Assembly (NCBI GenBank): GCA_964465485.1
Contig: CAYXIZ010000001.1
Coordinates: 49,332 to 113,331 of the forward strand
Reading direction: 5' to 3'
DNA from: an uncultured Rhodobacterales bacterium
Lineage (GTDB): Bacteria > Pseudomonadota > Alphaproteobacteria > Rhodobacterales > Rhodobacteraceae
DNA length: 64,000 nucleotides
The position numbers and the translations under genes were made by a program. Each line of letters starts with the position of its first letter. Position 1 is the stretch's first letter. Of the stretch, positions 1 to 9,512 are shown in pieces. The notes below the pieces were generated by a model. That model had not been told where the DNA came from. It ran no database searches and saw nothing but the letters and a program-made list of their open reading frames with translations.

Positions 1-425
1 TGCAGTGCCTCGCCGTGATGGGCGTGCCAGCCGGGTTGGGTAAACTCGGGCAGATCGAAGATGTTTGCGGGGTCGGCCAGCTCTGGATCGCCCATCCAGA
101 CCCAGACTATGCCGTGACGCTCTTCGACAGGAAAGGCCTCGACATAGGCGCTTCTGGGGGTGTTTTCCTGACCGGGCACGCGGACGCATTGCCCGGCGCC
201 GTCAAAAGTCATGCCGTGATAGCCGCATTGGATCGTGTCGCCGATCCGCTTGCCTTTCGACAGCGGCAAAAGCCGGTGCGGGCAGCGGTCCTCAAGCGCC
301 TTGACCGCGCCGCTTGCTTCGCGAAACATCACCAGACGCTGACCAGTGATTTCCAGGGCGCGCAGGGGTTCGCCAAAGTCTGTGGACCAGCCGGCAACGT
401 ACCAAGCATTTCTCACAAAACTCAT
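1..425 (-). CDS. Rieske non-heme iron oxygenase alpha subunit (VanA-like), runs off the window start
   Basis: Not in the ORF track. Manual translation from ATG 425 gives MSFVRNAWYVAGWS...LEDRCPHRLLPLSKG...IQCGYHGMTFDG, which contains the Rieske CxH...CxxH motif. Confidence 0.9.
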   Translation of the reverse strand, partial: MSFVRNAWYVAGWSTDFGEPLRALEITGQRLVMFREASGAVKALEDRCPHRLLPLSKGKRIGDTIQCGYHGMTFDGAGQCVRVPGQENTPRSAYVEAFPVEERHGIVWVWMGDPELADPANIFDLPEFTQPGWHAHHGEAL

Positions 426-513
426 GATTTCGCAGACCCCCAATACGGTGCTTCCCGAAAATTGAGGCGTAAAACAGGGCGAGCTGTCAAATGGTTTCTT
501 GGCGTTGACGGGG

Positions 514-1689
514 TCAAACGACCACCTCTGGCAGGTTTTGCGCAGGTGGGGTGTTCCGGCTGCGATGGCTGCACACCTCGCCGTCGATGATCATCATGCC
601 GACGCCGGGCAGGTTTCCAAACTGCACCGATTCCAGAATGTTTTTGCCAGGTGCATGCTGGGCCTGATCCATCAAGACGAAGTCGGCGCTGAAGCCTTCT
701 TTCATGAGCCCCACATCCAGTTCGCGCTGGCGGGCGGTGTTGCCATTGGCAAAGCAGAACGCGATCTCGGCGGGGACGTTGCCGAGGCTCGACAGCATTG
801 CAACCATGCGCATGATGCCGAGCGGCTGCACCCCTGACCCGGCGGGGCCATCGGTGCCAAGGATGATCTGGTCGAGCTTGTTCAGCTCGCGGGCGGTGTT
901 GAGGGTTAAAAGGGCAGCCCGCTCGTTCCCGTTATGCACGATCTCAAGGCCCTTCGTGCAATTCTCGCAGAGGCAAACGATCTGGTCATCGGGCAGCGCG
1001 GAGTGCCCGCCATTGATATGTCCCACGACATCCGTGCCCGTTTCCAGCACCATATCCGCGTCAATCAGTCCAGAGCCCGGAATAGACGGACCGCCTGTGT
1101 GAATGGTGGATTGGATGCCGTATTTGCGTGCCCAGCTGACCATTTGGTTGGCGGTTTTGCCGTCCTTGACGGTGCCCAGACCGACCTCTCCGAGGTATTT
1201 AACCCCAGCGTCGGCAAGCTCTTTGAAGTCGTGCTCTTCCATGCCGTGCTCAATGACCGGCGCGCCTGCCAGTACCTTGACGCCGGAGGGACGGAAGTTC
1301 TCGTACCAACGCTGTGCGGCAATTGCCACGGCCTTCAGCCCGACAATGTCTTTGGGGCGGCCCGGCATATGGACCTCGCCTGCGGAGATCATGGTTGTCA
1401 CGCCGCCATGCAGAGTCGAGTCGATCCAATGTAGCTGCTGTTGGCGCGGGGTATAGTCGCCGACGACGGGGTGGATATGGCTGTCGATCAGGCCCGGCGC
1501 AATGGTCGCGCCATGGGCGTTGATCTGGGTTGTGGCCCCCTCGGTATCGAGGTTTTTTTCATATCCGAAGTCCGAAATCTTTCCATCAATGGCGATGACG
1601 CAGTCCCCGTCGGCGATGGGAGCCTCCATCTTTCCGGTGAGAATCAAACCGATGTTTCGTATAACCAGCTTCTTTTTCGGATCGCCCAT
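514..1689 (-). CDS. ena: enamidase-like amidohydrolase (nicotinate catabolism)
   Basis: Amidohydrolase motifs PGLIDSHIH and GTDGPAGSG; resembles Eubacterium barkeri enamidase; clustered with an hnr-like gene. Confidence 0.8.
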   Translation of the reverse strand: MGDPKKKLVIRNIGLILTGKMEAPIADGDCVIAIDGKISDFGYEKNLDTEGATTQINAHGATIAPGLIDSHIHPVVGDYTPRQQQLHWIDSTLHGGVTTMISAGEVHMPGRPKDIVGLKAVAIAAQRWYENFRPSGVKVLAGAPVIEHGMEEHDFKELADAGVKYLGEVGLGTVKDGKTANQMVSWARKYGIQSTIHTGGPSIPGSGLIDADMVLETGTDVVGHINGGHSALPDDQIVCLCENCTKGLEIVHNGNERAALLTLNTARELNKLDQIILGTDGPAGSGVQPLGIMRMVAMLSSLGNVPAEIAFCFANGNTARQRELDVGLMKEGFSADFVLMDQAQHAPGKNILESVQFGNLPGVGMMIIDGEVCSHRSRNTPPAQNLPEVVV

Positions 1690-1716
1690 CTTGCGTGGCC
1701 CTCATAGCGTATTGAT

Positions 1717-1733
1717 GTTTGTATGCTAACAAA
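1717..1733. promoter_or_regulatory. putative MarR operator (TTTGT-N6-ACAAA inverted repeat)
   Basis: GTTTGTATGCTAACAAA lies between the divergent ena and marR genes; a near-copy is at 2330-2343. Confidence 0.5.
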
Positions 1734-1845
1734 TTTACCTTGGCTGTCTACTTATTCTAAATTTGGCGGTCATGTTGATTGCGCTGGCGCGTTTGATCAC
1801 GGAACATGTCTGAGACGGCTCACTTTGCAGGGAAAAACTGGCACA

Positions 1846-2271
1846 TTGGCGGGTACTGGCGAGACATATAGGCTGGATGAACAGGTCGGTTTTCTGATGC
1901 GGCTGGCCAATCAGCGCCACTCGGTGTTGTTCCAAGCCGTTGCACCCGCCGATCTGACGCCCACGCAGTTTGCCGCATTGATGAAGCTTGCGGAACTTGG
2001 TGAGTGCTCCCAAAACGAGCTGGGACGGCAGACAGCCATGGATGTCGCAACGATCAAGGGCGTGATTGAGCGGCTGCGTAAGAAAGGGCTGGTTGATGTG
2101 AATTCCGACCCGAATGACAAGCGGCGCGCGGTTTTGTCGATTGCAGCAGAGCATGCGGGTTTGCTTCCGGAGCTTATGGAAGCAGGTCAGAAAATCTCTG
2201 ACCTGACATTGTCGCCGCTTACCGCCGCGGAGCAGAAATCCTTTCTGAAACTCCTCAAGAAGCTTGGGTAG
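1846..2271 (+). CDS. MarR family transcriptional regulator
   Basis: LTPTQFAALMKL...SQNELGRQTAMDVATIKGVIERLRKKGLV...DKR winged-helix pattern. TTG 1846 after GGGAAAA chosen as start; the track ORF begins at 1723. Confidence 0.9.
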   Translation: MAGTGETYRLDEQVGFLMRLANQRHSVLFQAVAPADLTPTQFAALMKLAELGECSQNELGRQTAMDVATIKGVIERLRKKGLVDVNSDPNDKRRAVLSIAAEHAGLLPELMEAGQKISDLTLSPLTAAEQKSFLKLLKKLG

Positions 2272-2329
2272 CGCGCGAGGTTCACTGGTGGAAATAAAGA
2301 TTTGACTCATCTTCAAAACCGCTGCTAGC

Positions 2330-2343
2330 GTTTGTGTACTAAC
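2330..2343. promoter_or_regulatory. second putative MarR operator upstream of the hydroxylase operon
   Basis: GTTTGTGTACTAAC is 12/14 identical to 1717-1730. Confidence 0.45.
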
Positions 2344-2365
2344 GATTAGCGCTGGGAGGCCTGCT

Positions 2366-3196
2366 TTGCCGTATTTGGCTCCTACCAATCGGGGCGACGC
2401 TTTCCGTTTTCTTCAAAGCCACAGTCCCAAAATTGTCGCCGGGTGCACTGACTATTTCCCCAGTCTTGGACAGGGCGAAATTCATGAAGACGTGCTGGAC
2501 ATCACGCAGTTGGACGGGATGCGGGGCATTTCCCGGACGCAAGAGGGCTGGCGTATTGGCGCGGCGACCACTTGGACGGATATCGTGCGGGCTGACCTGC
2601 CTGCTGCCTTTGACGGGCTGAAAGCTGCGGCGCTTGAGGTGGGCTCTGTGCAAATTCAGAACCAAGGCACCGTGGCGGGCAATATTTGTAACGCGTCCCC
2701 AGCCGCAGACGGCGTGCCGCCTTTGCTGGTGCTGGATGCGCAGGTTGAAAAGATATCTGCCGACGGCACGCGGGTGGTGCCGCTTTCGGAGTTTATCACG
2801 GGCGTGTGCCAAACTGATTTACGTGTCGGCGAGATGGTGTCCGCAATTCTTGTACCCGACATATCGCCCGAGGCGCAGAGCAGTTTTTTCAAGCTCGGAT
2901 CGCGTAGGCATCTGGTGATTTCCATCGCGATGGTCGCGGTTTTGGCGCGGGTACAGGATGGCCGAATTGCGGAGGCGCGTATTGCTGTTGGAAGCTGTTC
3001 GCCGGTCGCGCAACGTCTGCGCAGTCTGGAGGCTAAGTTTGCCGGGCAGTCAGTTGAGGACATTGCCCGGATTGATGTTTCGGATATTCGCGAGCTGACG
3101 CCTATCTCGGACGTGCGGGGTTCCGCTGAATACCGTTCCGACGTGGTCGCTGAGATGTGCAAACGCGCTCTGCTTGACGCCTGTGGCAAGGGTTAG
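2366..3196 (+). CDS. molybdenum hydroxylase FAD-binding subunit (nicotinate dehydrogenase NdhF-like)
   Basis: Motifs AGCTD, QIQNQGTVAGNICNASPAAD and PISDVRGSAEYR; GGGAGG RBS before TTG. Confidence 0.9.
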   Translation: MPYLAPTNRGDAFRFLQSHSPKIVAGCTDYFPSLGQGEIHEDVLDITQLDGMRGISRTQEGWRIGAATTWTDIVRADLPAAFDGLKAAALEVGSVQIQNQGTVAGNICNASPAADGVPPLLVLDAQVEKISADGTRVVPLSEFITGVCQTDLRVGEMVSAILVPDISPEAQSSFFKLGSRRHLVISIAMVAVLARVQDGRIAEARIAVGSCSPVAQRLRSLEAKFAGQSVEDIARIDVSDIRELTPISDVRGSAEYRSDVVAEMCKRALLDACGKG

Positions 3197-3199
3197 GCG

Positions 3200-5938
3200 A
3201 TGGACGCGCGGAACACGGATGCCAGTTTGCGTTTTCACCTCAATGGGGAGGCTGTGCAGATCACGCCAGAGCCGGGTGAGCGTCTCTCCGAGGTGTTGCG
3301 CGAACGGCTTGGTGCGCGCGATGTGAAGATCGGCTGCAATGCCGGAGACTGCGGCGCATGCTCTGTTCTGGTGGGCGGCGACATGGTGTGTGCCTGTTTG
3401 ATGCCCGCTCAAAAAGCGGCGGGTCAGCAGATTGATACCCTTTCTGGTCTGGTGAAAACCGACCCTCATGCCAAGGCGCTTGTCGAACAGTTTCAAGATC
3501 ACGGTGCCGCGCAATGCGGGATTTGCACGCCCGGCATGATGGTGTGTGCCGTCGCCCTCTTACGCGAGACACCTGAGCCCAGCGAGGAGGAGGTGCAGGC
3601 TGCCCTTGGGGGCGTTCTGTGTCGTTGTACCGGGTATCGCAAGATCATTGACGCGGTGCGAAACGTGCCTGTGGTTCTGGACGGCAGTGCGGTTGCCGGG
3701 GCTCAGGTGCGGCGGCTTGATGGAGTGCCGAAGGTTCTGGGAACAGAGGTTTTTGGCGATGATGTTGCGCCCGCCGGGACGCTCGAGATCAGGGTCGTGC
3801 GGTCTCCATTCGCGCATGCGGCGTTCTCATTTGGTGACCTTGAGGTGTGGAAAGAAGCAAACGGGGTCGAGGGCATTTTGACGGCTGATGATATTCTCGG
3901 CGTCAACCGGTTCGGGGTGATCCCGGATTTTGCCGACCAACCCGTTTTTGCCGAGCGCGTTGCGCGTTTCCGTGGGGAGGCTGTGGCTGCCATTGTTGCA
4001 ACGCCCGAAATTGCGCGGAGGTTTCGTGCGGACCAGTTTCCTGTCACTTGGACCGAGCTTGAAAGCGTCAGCGAAGTGGGTCCTGCGCGCAATGATGCGG
4101 CCCCGCAACTGCATGCTGACCGTGCGGGAAACGAGATGTGTCGTGGGTTTGTAAAACGCGGCGATGCGGAGAGCGCTTTGGCCTCAGCTGATGTGATTGT
4201 GGAGGGCGCGTTCTCTACCGGGTTCGTGGAGCATGGCTATATCGAGCCGGAGGCAGGGTTCGCAAGGATCGTCGATGGCCGGGTTGAGGTTCATGTGTGC
4301 ACGCAGGCGCCGGTGATGAACCTCGATGCATTGGAGACGATTCTAGGGCTCGCCCGTAGCCAGATCCGTATCGTTCCGACAGCTGTGGGCGGCGGGTTTG
4401 GGTCGAAACTGGATCTGTCCGTGCAGCCGTTTCTGGCGCTGGCTGCTTTGAAAACGGAGCGCCCGGTGCGGCTAACTTACTCCCGAACGGAGTCCCTGCA
4501 ATCCACCACCAAACGGCACCCGGCCAATATCTCTTTGAAGGTCGGAGCCACGAAGGACGGTAAACTGTCGGGGCTCGTTTTTGACGGGGTATTCAACACG
4601 GGGGCCTATGCGTCTTGGGGCCCGACCGTGGCCAACCGGGTCCCTGTTCATGCGTCTGGCCCCTATCAATTTGCGGACTACACAGCGCAGGCGAAGGGCA
4701 TTCACACACATTGCCCTCCATCTGGCGCGTTTCGCGGGTTTGGTGTGCCTCAATCGGGCATTGCGCAGGAATCGCTGTTTGACGAATTGGCCGAAAAGCT
4801 TGGTCTGGATGCGCTTGAGTTTCGGATTTTGAACGCTCTGGAGAATGGCACGCCGACGGTCTGCGGACAGGTGTTTGAACAGGGCGTCGGCATCAAAGAG
4901 TGCCTTGAGGCGTTGCGCCCCGCCTGGACGCATGAATGCGCTGAGGCGGATGCGTTCAATGCCGCCTCAATGGGCAGTTTGCGGCGCGGGGTTGGGCTGG
5001 CGGCCGGGTGGTATGGGTGCGGAAACACGTCTCTGCCGAACCCATCGAGCATCAAGGCGGGCATCAAGCCCTGGGGCACCGTCGTGCTGCATCAGGGTGC
5101 CGTTGATATTGGGCAAGGGTCGAACACAGTCATATCACAGATCTTTGCGACGGCTTTGGGGTTATCAGCGGATGAGCTGACGCTTATTGGCGCGGACACG
5201 GACACGACACCAGATGCGGGCAAGACATCTGCGTCCCGGCAAACATTTGTCTCAGGCAACGCCGCCCGGCTGGCAGGAGAAGCTCTGCGGGGACAGATAT
5301 TGCGCGATGTGAACGCCTCCCCGGATGCGATGCTTGGGTTTGGGGACGGGGTGATTTCCATCGAGGATGGTGACAAAGACCACCGGCTGGATCTGGGCAA
5401 GATGGATGTCGACGGTGACGGCTATGTTTATGCGGCGACGGAAACCTACGACCCGCCGATTAAGCCGCTTGATGCAAACGGGCAGGGCGCTCCTTACGCG
5501 CAATATGGCTATGCCGCGCAGTTGGCTGTGATCGAGGTGGACGAGGCGCTTGGGACCATCAAACCGATCAGGTTTGTAGCGGCACATGACGTTGGCAAAG
5601 CAATCAACCCGATGCTCGTCGAGGGGCAGGTTCAGGGCGGTATTGCGCAAGGGCTTGGCATGGCGCTGATGGAAGAATATCTGCCGGGCAGGACCGAGAA
5701 CCTGCATGACTATTTGATCCCGACGATTGGGGATATTCCCCCGATAAAAACGCTTATCGTCGAAGTGCCGGACGGTCACGGCCCCTATGGTGCCAAGGGT
5801 CTGGGGGAGCATGTCTTGATCCCGACGGCACCGGCGCTTTTGAATGCTGTAAAATATGCGACCGGGGTGCGGATGTACTCCGTCCCGGTGACGCCGTCCA
5901 AGCTACGGCAGGCCATCAAAGGAAAAGCAAATGGCTGA
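3200..5938 (+). CDS. fused 2x[2Fe-2S] plus molybdopterin-binding hydroxylase subunit (xanthine/nicotinate dehydrogenase family)
   Basis: N-terminal CxxGxCGAC and QCGICTPG...CRCTGY; Moco-domain motifs GGGFGSK, AFRGFG and AKGLGEH. Confidence 0.92.
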   Translation: MDARNTDASLRFHLNGEAVQITPEPGERLSEVLRERLGARDVKIGCNAGDCGACSVLVGGDMVCACLMPAQKAAGQQIDTLSGLVKTDPHAKALVEQFQDHGAAQCGICTPGMMVCAVALLRETPEPSEEEVQAALGGVLCRCTGYRKIIDAVRNVPVVLDGSAVAGAQVRRLDGVPKVLGTEVFGDDVAPAGTLEIRVVRSPFAHAAFSFGDLEVWKEANGVEGILTADDILGVNRFGVIPDFADQPVFAERVARFRGEAVAAIVATPEIARRFRADQFPVTWTELESVSEVGPARNDAAPQLHADRAGNEMCRGFVKRGDAESALASADVIVEGAFSTGFVEHGYIEPEAGFARIVDGRVEVHVCTQAPVMNLDALETILGLARSQIRIVPTAVGGGFGSKLDLSVQPFLALAALKTERPVRLTYSRTESLQSTTKRHPANISLKVGATKDGKLSGLVFDGVFNTGAYASWGPTVANRVPVHASGPYQFADYTAQAKGIHTHCPPSGAFRGFGVPQSGIAQESLFDELAEKLGLDALEFRILNALENGTPTVCGQVFEQGVGIKECLEALRPAWTHECAEADAFNAASMGSLRRGVGLAAGWYGCGNTSLPNPSSIKAGIKPWGTVVLHQGAVDIGQGSNTVISQIFATALGLSADELTLIGADTDTTPDAGKTSASRQTFVSGNAARLAGEALRGQILRDVNASPDAMLGFGDGVISIEDGDKDHRLDLGKMDVDGDGYVYAATETYDPPIKPLDANGQGAPYAQYGYAAQLAVIEVDEALGTIKPIRFVAAHDVGKAINPMLVEGQVQGGIAQGLGMALMEEYLPGRTENLHDYLIPTIGDIPPIKTLIVEVPDGHGPYGAKGLGEHVLIPTAPALLNAVKYATGVRMYSVPVTPSKLRQAIKGKANG

Positions 5939-7412
5939 GGCGTCCCGCGTCAAACCCGACAAGATCCGCTGCGATGCCTGCCCGGTCTTGTGCTATATCG
6001 CTGAGGGCAAGTCGGGGGCCTGCGACCGCTACGCCAACCACGCCGGAGAGTTGGTGCGGCTGGACCCGCTGACGATCATCGAGAACTCGATTGAAAGCGG
6101 GACGAAGGCGGTGCCCTTCCTGCAAGACGACGATTGGGACGGTGACATTGTCCAAAGCAAACGGCCATTTGTTACGGCGGTTGGGGCGGGCACCACATAT
6201 CCTGACTACAAACCTGCGCCTTTCATTGTCAGCCAAGAGGTGGACGGCGCCGACATGGTCACCATCGTGACCGAGGGGATTTTCAGCTATTGCGGTGTCA
6301 AACTGAAAATCGACACGGACCGTTTTCTGGGTCACGAGCGCGACGTGGTGCGCGTGCAGGGCGAACCCGTAGGTCATGTGACAACCAGTGAGTATGGCTC
6401 AAAAATGCTGTCGCTGGGCGGGGTGGAACACCTGACAGGCGGCACCAAGAAAGAAGGTCGCGTGACCTGTGACACGTTGCTTAAGCTGTGCAACCGCGAG
6501 GCGGTTGAGCTGGAGATCGACGGCGGTATTTCGGTCGTGGTTCAGGCGGGGCATGCGGCCATTGTAAATGGCGTCGAAGAGACGCTGATGCGGGTTGGCT
6601 GCGGGTCCGCGACCATCGGAATGTTTGCCTCTCAATGGGTGGATCATGTCGACGAGGTGATTGTGGTGGATGACCATATCACCGGGGTTTTGTCGGAGCA
6701 TCAGGCGGGCAAGATGCTCGACGTGCCTGCGACCGGCATCAAGGTAAACGGTCGTCGGTCAACGCCGGGGCGCTATTTCCAAGTCGCGGAGCCGGGGACC
6801 GGTTGGGGCGGCACTGATGTGGACGATCCGCTGACCATTTTGAAGCCTTCCGATCCGAAGGTCGCTTGGCCGGGGTTGCGGCTGCTGATGGTCTCCACCA
6901 CCGGGGAGCAGCACGGGTATTTCGTTCTCGACGAGGCGTTGCAGCCCCAACCAGCCGCGTTGCCTGACGCGTTGCAACTTTCCGTCGACCGGATTGCCGA
7001 GAATTGCGAGCCATCTGTGTGTTCCGTGTTGTTCATGGGTGGTGCTGGCGGGTCGCTGCGGTCCGGGGTGACGGAGAACCCGGTGAAGCTCACGAACTCA
7101 GTCAAGGACTCGTTGACGCATGTGTCGTGTGGCGGTGCTAATTCCTATGTCTGGCCCGGCGGGGGTATTACGGTGATGGCAGATGTCTTGGATATGCCGT
7201 CAAACGCATTTGGCTACGTGCCAACGCCCGCGCTGGTGGCCCCGATTGAGTTCACGATGCGGCTGTCGGATTACGTCGCTTTGGGTGGACATGTCGATCA
7301 CGTCAAACCGATCGAGGAGGTCCTGTCCCCAGATGTGCGCAGGGTGGGGCAGATTGACCCGGAGGCGGACCCAACGGCGCAGCGTAACTATCGCTGGAAG
7401 ACGGGGGGATAG
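5931..7412 (+). CDS. hnr: 6-hydroxynicotinate reductase-like Fe-S protein
   Basis: N-terminal CDACPVLC...GACDRYAN, GAGTTYPDYKPAP and MRVGCGSATIG; lies with the hydroxylase and enamidase genes. Confidence 0.8.
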   Translation: MAEASRVKPDKIRCDACPVLCYIAEGKSGACDRYANHAGELVRLDPLTIIENSIESGTKAVPFLQDDDWDGDIVQSKRPFVTAVGAGTTYPDYKPAPFIVSQEVDGADMVTIVTEGIFSYCGVKLKIDTDRFLGHERDVVRVQGEPVGHVTTSEYGSKMLSLGGVEHLTGGTKKEGRVTCDTLLKLCNREAVELEIDGGISVVVQAGHAAIVNGVEETLMRVGCGSATIGMFASQWVDHVDEVIVVDDHITGVLSEHQAGKMLDVPATGIKVNGRRSTPGRYFQVAEPGTGWGGTDVDDPLTILKPSDPKVAWPGLRLLMVSTTGEQHGYFVLDEALQPQPAALPDALQLSVDRIAENCEPSVCSVLFMGGAGGSLRSGVTENPVKLTNSVKDSLTHVSCGGANSYVWPGGGITVMADVLDMPSNAFGYVPTPALVAPIEFTMRLSDYVALGGHVDHVKPIEEVLSPDVRRVGQIDPEADPTAQRNYRWKTGG

Positions 7413-7418
7413 CGCAGG

Positions 7419-8297
7419 ATGCAGTCTCCTACCGCCATGTTGCTTGGAAAGGGTGATCGTTTGCACCTGAACCATGGGCCGATCGACCTGATCATCGGAG
7501 CGGATGGTCCCGCTCAAGGTGCCCGCAGTCGTGCTTTTGAGGCTGCTGCTGCCCGGTTTGAAACTATTCTCGAAGGGCTTGTAGTCGACTTGGACCAGCA
7601 TCGACGGCGCTTGTTGTGTGATACGCCGCTGCCTACGGATCCGGTTGCCCAACGCATGTATACGGCGGCGCTGCCCTTCTGTACGCAAACATTCCTGACG
7701 CCGATGATTGCGGTTGCCGGATCGGTTGCGGATGAGGTGCTGGCTGCGATGCGCGACAGCGTTTCGCTGACCCGTGCCTATGTGAATAATGGCGGTGATA
7801 TCGCGGTTCATCTGGCGCAAGGCGCGTCCTTTTCGATTGCGATGGCGCAGGATGATGGGCGCGATTTGGGACGGGTGCGATTTTCAGGCGAAGATGGGAT
7901 TGGTGGCATTGCGACCAGCGGTGCGCGTGGCCGAAGCCACTCGCTTGGGATTGCCGACAGCGTCACGGTTCTGGCGCAAACGGCCGCGCAGACGGATGTG
8001 GCGGCGACCTTGATTGCCAATGCTGTTGATCTGCCAGATCATACAGAGGTTCTGCGCGAACCAGCCTGCGCATTGCAGCCTGACAGTGATCTGGGAGACC
8101 GAATGGTCGTCACTCATGTTCCGCGCTTGGGACGGCCCGAACGCGAAGAAGCGCTGTTGGCCGGCGCGGTGCTGGCGCAGCGGTTTCTGGACGCCGGCCA
8201 TGTCAAAGGAGCCGCCCTGTTTTTGCAGGGCGATGCCAAAATGCTCGGGCATTGTGCGGCCCGACCCAATGCAAAAACGGAGCTTGAATATGCCTGA
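7419..8297 (+). CDS. UPF0280/ApbE-like family protein
   Basis: Motifs PMIAVAGSVAD, VNNGGDI and ATSGARGRSHSLGIADSVTV. Confidence 0.8.
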   Translation: MQSPTAMLLGKGDRLHLNHGPIDLIIGADGPAQGARSRAFEAAAARFETILEGLVVDLDQHRRRLLCDTPLPTDPVAQRMYTAALPFCTQTFLTPMIAVAGSVADEVLAAMRDSVSLTRAYVNNGGDIAVHLAQGASFSIAMAQDDGRDLGRVRFSGEDGIGGIATSGARGRSHSLGIADSVTVLAQTAAQTDVAATLIANAVDLPDHTEVLREPACALQPDSDLGDRMVVTHVPRLGRPEREEALLAGAVLAQRFLDAGHVKGAALFLQGDAKMLGHCAARPNAKTELEYA

Positions 8298-8871
8298 ACT
8301 TGAGGTTCGAAAGTCAATCTTGACCGTCGAGGAGATATTCCATGAAGGCGGTCCCATGGCTGACATGCCTTTGTTGAGGGGTGCGAGCTTTGCGGTGATC
8401 CGAAACCCATTTGCAGGCCGCTATGAGCCGGACATCGAAGCGTTTATGGACGATCTACGCCCGCTGGGGCTGCAATTGGCTGAACGATTGGCCGAAGCAC
8501 TTGGCGGTGCGGAGAAGATCGAAGGTTATGGCAAAGGGTCTCTCGTCGGTGCGGCGGGAGAGCTGGAGCATGGCGCGCTCTGGCATGCGCCGGGTGGATA
8601 TGCGATGCGCGAGGTAATTGGTGGTACGAAAGCGATTGTTCCGTCGGCCAAAAAGGTCGGTGCCGTGGGCAGCCGGTTGGATGTTCCGATCACACATATC
8701 AACGCGTCCTATGTGCGCAGCCATTTTGACAGCATGGAAATCGGCATTAACGACGCGCCCCGCTCGGATGAGTTGCTGTTCGCGCTTGTGATGATGACAG
8801 GTGCCCGGATCCACAATCGGGCGGGTGGATTGGCGGCAGCGGATATCAAAGGGGAGGACGGTTTGAGATGA
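8290..8871 (+). CDS. DUF1185 ('amino acid synthesis' family) protein
   Basis: NPFAGRY, YGKGSLVGAAGELEH and YVRSHFD; ATG 8290 overlaps the end of the upstream gene. Confidence 0.8.
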   Translation: MPELEVRKSILTVEEIFHEGGPMADMPLLRGASFAVIRNPFAGRYEPDIEAFMDDLRPLGLQLAERLAEALGGAEKIEGYGKGSLVGAAGELEHGALWHAPGGYAMREVIGGTKAIVPSAKKVGAVGSRLDVPITHINASYVRSHFDSMEIGINDAPRSDELLFALVMMTGARIHNRAGGLAAADIKGEDGLR

Positions 8872-9452
8872 AAGCGCGCATTCGCAAGATCGGTGTCTGG
8901 GTCGAAGAGACCCATATTGAAGGTGGCAAGAGCATCAGCCCCCCGACACGTAAAGCCGTTGCAGCAGCGGTCATAGAGAATCCGCACGCGGGTCAATTTG
9001 TCGAAGACCTGTCAGAGCTGATGGAGGTCGGGGCGGAGCTTGGCGGGTTGTTGGGCGAGAAGGCTGTTGCCGCGCTGGGGATTGCTCCGTCGGAGGCGGA
9101 GAGCTACGGCAAAGCAACGATGGTTGGCGAGAATGGCGAGCTGGAACATGCCGCGGCGCTGCTCCACCCGAAGATGGGCGCTCCGTTGCGTGTGGCTGTC
9201 GAGAAAGGTGCGGCGTTGGTGCCGTCCTCAAAAAAGCGGGGCGGATTGGGGCAAGACCTTGATATCCCGCTGGGCCACAAGGACGCGGCCTATGTGCGGT
9301 CGCATTTTGACGGGGTTGAGATCCGGTTCAATGACGCGCCCCGGGCCAATGAGATCGTAGTCGCAATCGCTGTGACAGATAGCGGGCGGCCATTGCCGCG
9401 GGTGGGCGGTTTGACCCATGAAGACGCGGTTGGAGAAGATGGATTGCGCTGA
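8868..9452 (+). CDS. DUF1185 ('amino acid synthesis' family) protein, paralogue of the preceding gene
   Basis: YGKATMVGENGELEH, YVRSHFD and the same GEDGLR C-terminus; ATGA overlap. Confidence 0.8.
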   Translation: MKARIRKIGVWVEETHIEGGKSISPPTRKAVAAAVIENPHAGQFVEDLSELMEVGAELGGLLGEKAVAALGIAPSEAESYGKATMVGENGELEHAAALLHPKMGAPLRVAVEKGAALVPSSKKRGGLGQDLDIPLGHKDAAYVRSHFDGVEIRFNDAPRANEIVVAIAVTDSGRPLPRVGGLTHEDAVGEDGLR

Positions 9453-9512
9453 GACCTGAGGCGCTACGCTCGGTCTGTCTGGCCTGCATCACCGCGTCCG
9501 GATATGTCCTTT

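Noticed and set aside
15-590. Plus-strand 191-aa ORF at the window start
   Set aside because: It is the antisense shadow of the minus-strand Rieske oxygenase, which has clear motifs.
3200-5938. Selenocysteine recoding in the nicotinate dehydrogenase-like subunit
   Set aside because: The ORF has no in-frame TGA, and the selenium in the E. barkeri enzyme is a cofactor ligand that cannot be inferred from sequence.
8014-8289. Long N-terminal extensions of track ORFs (8014, 21592, 48317, 54606, 55269)
   Set aside because: They overlap neighbouring genes; family similarity begins at the downstream starts used in the feature list.
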